NCBI GenBank assembly: GCA_030141605.1
Contig: JAQGDQ010000283.1
Location: 1-64,000 of the forward strand
Reading direction: 5' to 3'
From: Tubiluchus corallicola
Lineage: Eukaryota > Animalia > Priapulida
Length of the DNA stretch: 64,000 nucleotides
Positions 55,791 to 64,000 of the stretch are shown one piece after another; the stretch's first letter is position 1, and every line of letters begins with the position of its first letter. The notes under the pieces were generated by a model. That model made no database searches. It was not told the origin of the DNA and saw only the letters and a list, made by a program, of their open reading frames with translations. A program made the translations under genes and the position numbers.

Positions 55791-56999
55791 CAGTAGGTAC
55801 TGCGTCGATCATACTCAAAAACATGCCAGCGACAGTACATCCAGATGTAATTCTATGTGCATATGCAGTAGCTGTTATTGTGGTGATCTATTTTCTAAAA
55901 ATGGGCCTGCTGCTAAAAGATAAGGTAATGATTTTTGCAGCAACACAGTTAGCTTTCCGAGCTTTACTAATCGGCAGTACTGAAGTTTCACTTCATAATA
56001 AAACTGTTATCTTGCTGAATCCTTGACTAGTTTGCTAAGTTTACACTACAAAAGTTACACTATTATAGTTACCGTAACAACTGGTCTTGCCACCTACTCA
56101 CCAATCAGTACAAGTCATGTGCTAATACCTTATGCAACTTCACGTTTTAATTACTTTATGGCAGTTCAAAAATATTCTCTTCAGTAGTTAACCAACATCA
56201 AACATCATTTGAGTGAGGCGTTTTGCGGAATGATTGTTCTCAAGTTGTGTCTTCGCAAAGTGATAGAAATAGTGAGCCAAACAAAATCAAGGGCTAAGGG
56301 GTCCCTTTTCAGTACACTTCTAAAAAAATTGAGGAACAGTATCTAATATAAAACAAAATTATATTGCTGACCATCACAGTTTAAAATCGCTCGGTGTGTG
56401 TATAGACTAATAGCTAATACTATGAGTGAGTATATGGCAATAACTGAAATAATTTTGAGCAACTGTATTTTTGTAAGTGGAGAAAATTCTAATAAAATTA
56501 ACTGTATAAGTCCAACTTTTTAAACCTTTGTGGAGCTCACACTAAGAGCAAAACATGAGTTATGCACGTCAACCATTAAAGAAATCTAACTAAATATTAC
56601 AAAACGTTTCATTTGATCTTCTGTTGTCTTTGCCATTCAACAATCTAATTAAATATTGTAAAGGCAACGTATAATATCTATCAGTTGTACGTTTTTCTTC
56701 AAAATATTATCCGTTCTTTCTAGTCGATCTTTGACCTGCTTGTTCTCTTGTTGGTCGAATTAATTTGCTATATTTAGAATTTTTAATTTGCTGGAAAATT
56801 TTAAGCAGAATTTAGTTCGCCATTTTTTCCAGTAAATCCAGTTTTAAATCAACAAGTGGATTTTAGTACGTTTATTTAGTAACATTATTTTGCACATTCA
56901 TATTTGAAATATTTCAAGTTATTTAGATTGTGAAGCAGTAATACTAGAGGGCCAGACGGTGTTTGCTAAAGTGGAATGAATGTATGCGATATATGCCTT

Positions 57000-59070
57000 A
57001 AATAGATCTACATTCATTGCCCCTTAACGTCTCAGAAGCCTTAGAATGAACGATATGTCAGTAACTTTTGAGATTAAACTTTCATTTAAACAACTTTTCA
57101 TGGTCTACTATGGGAAGATTTGCGTCCTTTAAACCAATATCGGCTGGTAACGAGATTAAGTTTTCATTTTGTTTGATTTAGTAACATGCTCCTCTGTTCT
57201 GCTAGACTGGATAGTTCTTTAACCATGTCACCTAATCTGCTGTTTTGAAATCCAATCGTTAGATCATCTATCTACATATTTGCATCTCAGCAAATACTGA
57301 CTAAGGATATCATTAATCATAATATTTTAAATGCCACAGGTCCAAATGGGTTTCCTGTGGGACCCCACCATGAAGCCTAAGTAGTTCAGAAAATGTGTCA
57401 TTAATATTTACACATGTTTCCCTGCCGTTTAAAAAGAACATAACCAAGATATTTAAGACTCTCTAACACCCATAGTTAGCGCTTTATTAACCAATACAGT
57501 GGTGTAGATGATCAAGAGCTTTGGCAAAATCTGTGAGACATAACGAAACAGTAGTGCCAGGTTTTTGTAGAGCATTAGTTGCAAATTGTAAAGGAGATAT
57601 TAGGTAACATACGGTGCTACTTCCTTCTTCGGTACCAAACCGTTGCTTGCCAACAAATGGTACAATATCTTCCAGTGTAAACGTATAAACAGTTTTCTAA
57701 AGGTTTGCCAAATGAGGCAGTCAGCATGACTGGTCTATGATCATTATGATCATATACTGGTTTCGTTTTAGGAAATGGAATTTTAAACCTCCCTTTTCCA
57801 CAGTTTTGGAAAAACCTGTTGTTGTGAAGAGACATTATAAATATCTGTGAGCGGGATCGTGAGCTCATTTGAAAATTCACATATAAAATGTATAGGTAAC
57901 TGATTGTACTCCGTTTAACTTGCCAATGATGTATGATGTATTGTCTGCCTTGCTAGATGCAGCGAGAGAAGCCAGAAGAAGTTCAGACATGCTATTGCAG
58001 ATCTGAGCAAAATATTCGTTTATTTTATTCCATTTTTCGTAGTCCGTTTTAGCCCCGTTTATGAACGTATTTTAATCTCAGTCCTACGAGCTTAGAAACT
58101 GCCTTATATAAATGTTTAGAATCATGGAAGTTTCTCTTTTCTTGGCTTTAGTGAAAAACATGGATTTAGCCGATCTGATCTCATATTGTACTTCCGCGTT
58201 ACGTGACGAAACTGAATGCTATTTTACCCCATTTGACATAATTTGCTTGACAGCGTCTAATTATACGTTTCAAGCTTTCATTAATCCAAGGTTTGTCTGA
58301 ATCAAAAACTTTCACGCGTTTTTCGGGAAACGAATCAGTATAAAATTTACAAGCGATGTTATTAAATTTTAAAACTTTATCATTAACAGCCAAATACTTC
58401 AGTCCAATTTTCAGCGACGCTCTTTCTTGCAAAGACTCGAACAGCGGAATCCAGCAGAGACCTATATACTCTGTATTTTGGTGGATTAGTAGATCTTTGT
58501 AAGCCACACCACCATATTATGATCACTCTAGTGGCGCCTTTACTTCAGGCTCACGGTAATGCGTGTTGATGTCAGTAAAAATACAGTACAAAAAAACCAT
58601 GCTCGGGAGTCGGTTTTTAACTACTTGTTTTATATTTAGGTGCGTAGATAAACTGGATTTATTCAAGTCATTTATGTTGCCGGCTACTACTACCCCGCGT
58701 TCAGATATTTTTGCTTGACTGAATCGTAAGCTGTGTATGCAGCGTCCATGATAACGCAAGATGTACCTGAAAAATACAGTCCTGCAACAATTATGCCAGG
58801 TATAGATCTTGATAGCCTTGTCGGTCTAACTGATGACCAAACCATTTCTACTTGAATATCATTAGCTTGAATGTCACTTCTTACCTAAATGGCAATTCCA
58901 CCTACGTTCAAATGAAAAGAGTTGAAATCCTGACATCTGCTTGCAGATATTAGTGCTGTCCTTTGTTAACCATGTTTCTGTGACTATTATTATATCCATA
59001 ATTAAGCACTGTTCCTTCAAACTCATCAAATTTGTGTTTAAGTAATCTAGCAGTTAATAATGACATTACT
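57000..59070 (-). mobile_element. Decayed LINE ORF2 (AP endonuclease plus reverse transcriptase)
   Basis: IIVTETW near 58980, VVVAGNINDL, DKPWINESLKRII, DHRPVMLTASFGKPLE, DFAKALD and GVPQ, with many stops and frameshifts. Boundaries are approximate. Confidence 0.8.
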
Positions 59071-60786
59071 TTAATAATAACAATATGATTATATTCATAA
59101 CAAACCTGAACCAAGCTTTTTCTGCCTGATTAATCCAAATTTTGAAAGTTACTTAAATTTTTCCATACATGTGTTCCTGACGAACGATCACTCTCTAAAA
59201 CTTTTATTGGTTCTCGTTGCGTTTTCCAGCGCGCCCGTCCCCTTTTAGTTTGCTTGAGTAGTCCGTAACGTTACAGTTTTTGACGAAATACTGATTTTCC
59301 AATAATTCCCAACTGATATATATCATATCGTCGTTATTTGATTTCGTCAATATTATAGATATTTGGTGGATTACTTCACTCGTACTTATAATAAGCGCTA
59401 AAAAATAAAGATTAAAATACTAACAGGCCAGCTTGGCTACAACTGTGATTAGCACCATCATGAAGTAGATATACTCTTCTTCTCTCCCCACCATTCCCTC
59501 TCTTCTCTTCTTCTCTTTTCATTTCTCTTACAAAATAACAATAATCAAAAAAAAATTGGAATTCTTAATCTTTTCTTAATCTTATTTCTAGCTATCCTGT
59601 TAGTAGGAAAATGTGGCGTATTTAGGTTTACGGGCATTGCATAAACCAGTTTACCGACATTATTTCTAAACAACTCCTACAATGACCAAGCAGAACTTTA
59701 AAGAACAACAACAGCAGCATGGCAACAACTTCAACCATAGCTATGGCAATGCTATTGTATTCGCAAAAATGGTGGAAATTGGCAATCGTGCCGCAGCAGC
59801 AGTAGCACCTTATGAAGCCGTAAACGTCACTAACAATGACTACCACCGTCGATAGCATTGTTACAATACAGTTTTAACGTGCAAAAGTGAGCAAAGAGAG
59901 TAAAAAAAGCCATGCATATTATCATCAAATTTTAATTCATCATAAAATTTTGAATTCCAGTATTTGTAATCGCTGTGTGATGATGGTGCTGACGATAATG
60001 ACGATAATGATTGTAATGTAATGTATGTGAGAAGATGCTCATTTTGAAAGCATGTACAATGACAGTGACTGCTAAAAAATGCGTATAGTTTTCCAAATCT
60101 AATCATTGTTTTAATTACAAGTCTGACTAAGCATAGCGGCAAAATCAGGCGCTTTTAGTTCAGTAAAAACAAAAAAAATTTTGTAAATTTTCAACGTGTG
60201 TGGGCCTGGTGAAAGGGGAATTACCAGTTTAATCAGTATTTGACACACGTAAAGCAATTCCCAGCATTGACCTGAATACGAATTACCTCTGAGTCTCCAT
60301 TAGGACTCATTTATCGGTGAATAAGTTGAACTTTTATAATTGAAGTTAGCTGCCCGGAATTACAGTAGAGGAAGTTGAATCAAATCTGCTCATTTACCGC
60401 TTTATTGTCTGTCAAGAATGTATGTTTTCTTCACTCGCGACAATGGCGATGAGTTTCCCCGTTCGGTTACAGGTAGCAACAATCATTATAGTAATATAGT
60501 CCTAATTAGGTAACCTATAGACCTATATTGACGCTGCAATGGACTAATGTTGAAATAATCGCGTTTTCATTGTTTTTGATATACATATGAAGAACTGTTA
60601 CTTTTGTTCCTATACACACGGAATCAGCCTAAGCATTAACGAATACTAATTTTTATCGTAGATGCGACCTTCTTGAAACTTTAATAATCTCAGGTGGCTC
60701 TTGGTGGTCTAATTTAAAAAGACATGTTTTATTTTGCATATGTAGGAATTTGGTACTTTTCGTAGAATTCCCTAATTTTATCAAAA

Positions 60787-60945
60787 ATCTACAGAAATTA
60801 GTCTACTCAACGGTAAGACCGATGTTTAATCTACAAAAATTAGGCTACTGGTCGGTAAGGCCAATCATTAATCTGCAGAAATAAGCTACAGAGCGGTAAG
60901 GCCGATGTTTAATCAACAAAAATTAGGCTACTACTCGGCAAGCCA
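60787..60945. repeat. Minisatellite, about 4 copies of a 41-42-bp unit
   Basis: Unit approximately AATCTACAAAAATTAGGCTACTnnnCGGTAAGGCCGATGTTT, repeated in tandem. Confidence 0.85.
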
Positions 60946-61601
60946 GCTATTAACAGAAAATCAAAATCTAGCAATGAAAGTTGCTGTGAGACCATGAACG
61001 TGACAAGTGCCAGCAAATAACTAAACATAGAATACATTTCTGTCCCACAACCTTTTTATAATTAAAATGGATAAGAAACAAATGCGTTAGAAATTTTATC
61101 ATAAAGAACAACAAGATTAAAGTCAGAAATTTTCTGCATTTCAGTACAGCACCTTTAAATATCAGACAAAAAAACAAAAAATAAAACCACACTTTTTTAA
61201 TTTGTTACTTTCTAAAAATATAACTGTAGTGCACAACATTACAGCCTATGCAATAGCGTCTTGCATTAAACAAAAGAAATGACATATGTGTGTATATGTC
61301 ATTTATCCCTTGCAGGACGTTTATTGATAGAGCTAGTGAAAGTCATGCACAAAACTAGGAGTAAGCTAACCGTATGATTGAAATGTATAATTGATCGTTA
61401 ACAATGCTAACAGTGGCCGATAGATAATAGATAATTTCTGTAATCTGGAGACGTTCCCTTATCATCCAGATTACTTATCTAGAATCCAAATCTCTGAAAC
61501 ATTAATCCTCTTGTAAATTGTAATTTGATTCGATGATCCTATGCCTTGTAGTCGTCACAATAATTACGTTTTTATTTCCAAGCCCTTCACGTGTCCATAT
61601 T

Positions 61602-62872
61602 TTAATAATAATAATGATATGATGTGGGTATTTCTGTTGTTGTTTTGGCTTCTGAGTCATATCGATATCTTTTTGGTATTTCTGTAGTTGCTGTAGCTTC
61701 TTCTGTATAATAATAGTATTCTTTTGGTGTATCTGTGGTTGTAGCAGCTTCTGTGTAATAATAATAATATCTTCGTTCTTCTGATGTGCTAGTCGGACTT
61801 TTGTAGTAATAATATCCATTTGGCAGTACCGTGGTTCTTGTACCTCTTTTGTTGTAGCTAGGTGATTCCTCGGTGCTGGTAACATCCTTGTAATAATAGT
61901 AATTGCGGACTGGAGTCGGCTTTTCAGTAGTTTCGTAGTAGTAATAAAACAAATTTGACTTTTTGGGCTGCGAATCTCGAGAGGCTGAAGAGCTTCTTGA
62001 GTAATAAGTGCGGTAATGATTCTTTGGATCTTCAGATTTTTCTGGATTATCTGTTACTAAATAGTAGAAGCCCTTGCTGGGTCGTTTTGTTGTAGCCTCG
62101 TGGTAAGCATAATAATAATTCCCATTTCTTGAAATTGTTTTACTCTGTGGTGGTCGTGTAGGAACATTGAAGTAGTAAACTTTACTGGACATTCTTGGAA
62201 CCAATGTTGTTGTTGTCGACAAGGGATCGTATACTTCATAATGATAGTGAATGTTTGGCTGCTTGGTTATTGCCGTTTGTCTGCGTGAAAAATGCCGAGA
62301 CTCGTCATTATGATAGAAACTTCGTGAAATAATTCCGTCGGTAAAAAGCTTAGTACCAACAGTTGCATCTATTAGATTAGGAAGAGCCGTAGTGTCAACA
62401 GGTTCATCTGTTAGGTCAGCAGGACTTCCGTCAGGAAGAGCTGTAGTGTCAACAGATCCATCTGTTCGGTCTGTAGTGGTATCGCTGTAATAAAAGATTG
62501 GGATTCGACCATGATCATCTGTGTCATTAGTAGCATCTGTTACTCGACTTTCATCATCAACTCGACCTTTATCATCAACTTGCTGCTGATTGTCAAAAAA
62601 TTCGCTGTCAACGAAGTATGTGGCAGTTTCTCTTAGGCCTTTACATGTACTACGCTCCCGAGTAACATTGCCAACAGGCAGTTCTTGTATCTGACTCCAA
62701 TTTAAAATATCTCCCTCGTTGTATTCGCAGCTTTGACCCCCTTCCAAAATTTCGTTTCTGCCCAAGTGCCTACCGAAAACATTGATGTCAGTAAGCCGAC
62801 CAGTGAAGCTCATCGTCTCATCAAATGCGGCGCCAAATGTGTCTAAGTCTTGTCCAATCACCAAAGTCCCGC
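61602..62872 (-). CDS. Pentraxin-domain gene, terminal exon: C-terminal half of the pentraxin domain plus a Thr/Asp-rich and Tyr-cluster tail
   Basis: Acceptor ttattttctgtag|GC. GGTLVIGQDLDTFGAAFDETMSFTGRLTDINVF...C...GDILNWS matches the pentraxin C-terminal consensus. Open to TAA at 61602-61604. Confidence 0.88.
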
Positions 62873-63073
62873 CTACAGAAAATAAATGGACATTAAATCG
62901 TATTCGTTTATCTACTTTTCTCTCACATTCACATTTTTACATACTGCGACTACTCAGTGAACTACCTCACCGGTATGATTTACCCATTCTTCAGTACGTA
63001 TCGTGTTTCGAAATGCAGAATTGGCCAGATGTGTGTATAACTACTAGCAGCGCCCTCAACACGTTTGTTTCAA

Positions 63074-63189
<116 letters not shown>

Positions 63190-63579
63190 TGTCCTATATG
63201 TGTTTAAATTTGTATAAATGTTAATATAATTTAGTATTTGCGTTTTGTTTGACATGTTTGTGAAAAGTTGTTCTTCCATTTAAAATCCCTAAGAAAAATT
63301 AACGCTAAACCAAGTCGACAGTAAGCTATGTAGACAATAAGTAGACTACACATTCTATAAAGCTGCTCCGTTCATTTTATACTATGCAGTGTCATGTTAG
63401 CAAAAATATAAAATAAATAAATGCAGCATAAAATTGTGTACGCTTTGCAATGTTTTAAGAAAACATGTAACCAAGGCTGAAACACTCTTTCATCTGCAAT
63501 AATGGTTCTTCTTCGTTTTCTTCTGTACACGTAATCAACTAGCAGTTCCTCACGTGATTTTTCTTGATTTCGTTCTGAC

Positions 63580-63692
<113 letters not shown>

Positions 63693-63835
63693 CTAATTAA
63701 TATGTTTATCGTAAATAATAACAAATTTCAAAACCAGACTCCCTCGCTTCCGAAAAATTGAAAAATTCTACTAATTCACCATTCTACTAATAATCCACAA
63801 CTAACAATATTATTTGCCGTAAGCAATTACAGTAC

Positions 63836-63978
63836 CTGCTACAAGCTGCGAATTTGCTTTAAATCGGAAACCACTCTTTGCCTCTTCTCCATCCACATAC
63901 AGAGTCCAGCTTCCGTTTACACTATTCCATCCGAAGCAAAAGAAATGCCAGTCTTCGTCACGTATGTTATTAACACTC
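63836..63978 (-). CDS. Pentraxin-domain gene, internal exon (SVNNIRDEDWHFFCFGWNSVNGSWTLYVDGEEAKSGFRFKANSQLVA)
   Basis: Acceptor atgttgtag|, donor GCAG|GTACTG, 143 nt. Contains a pentraxin signature-like WHxxCxxWxSxxGxWxLYVDG; ends in phase 1, matching the next exon. Upstream exons lie beyond the window. Confidence 0.85.
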
Positions 63979-64000
63979 CTACAACATAATTCACATAGTT

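Noticed and set aside
60787-60945. CRISPR-like appearance of regularly spaced repeats
   Set aside because: The units are tandem with no unique spacers, there are no cas genes, and the context is eukaryotic.
62971-63060. Possible small exon ending at a GTGAGG donor in the pentraxin intron
   Set aside because: The flanking exons already join in phase to give a contiguous pentraxin sequence, and this segment has no pentraxin similarity.

Overview
This is an AT-rich, intron-containing animal (invertebrate-type) genomic window, not a prokaryotic one, and most of the supplied ORFs are microsatellite or chance artefacts. By hand-splicing I can support five protein-coding genes. (1) A five-exon + strand gene (2507-22014, 473 aa, all GT-AG junctions phase-compatible) encodes a Ser-rich, probably disordered protein. 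It carries a YAP/FAM181/PERCC1-type TEAD-binding omega-loop (PLPMRLRALPQSFWQQP) and an AT-hook (KRGRPKK) that only forms across a splice junction. Its promoter region has a dense cluster of CAGGTA/CAGGTG sites. (2-4) Three divergent genes with intronless coding regions encode four-transmembrane MS4A/CD20-like proteins (29964-30752 -, 42086-42736 -, 49809-50660 +) with very different cytoplasmic tails, one of them packed with tyrosine motifs. (5) The 3' end of a - strand gene has a pentraxin domain followed by a long Thr/Asp-rich and poly-Tyr-cluster tail. The rest is introns and intergenic DNA with two decayed LINE retroelements, a Mutator/foldback-like element nested in a pogo/mariner-like element, MITE-like hairpins, a 42-bp minisatellite and many microsatellites. 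All family assignments come from motif recognition by eye; no database search was run.
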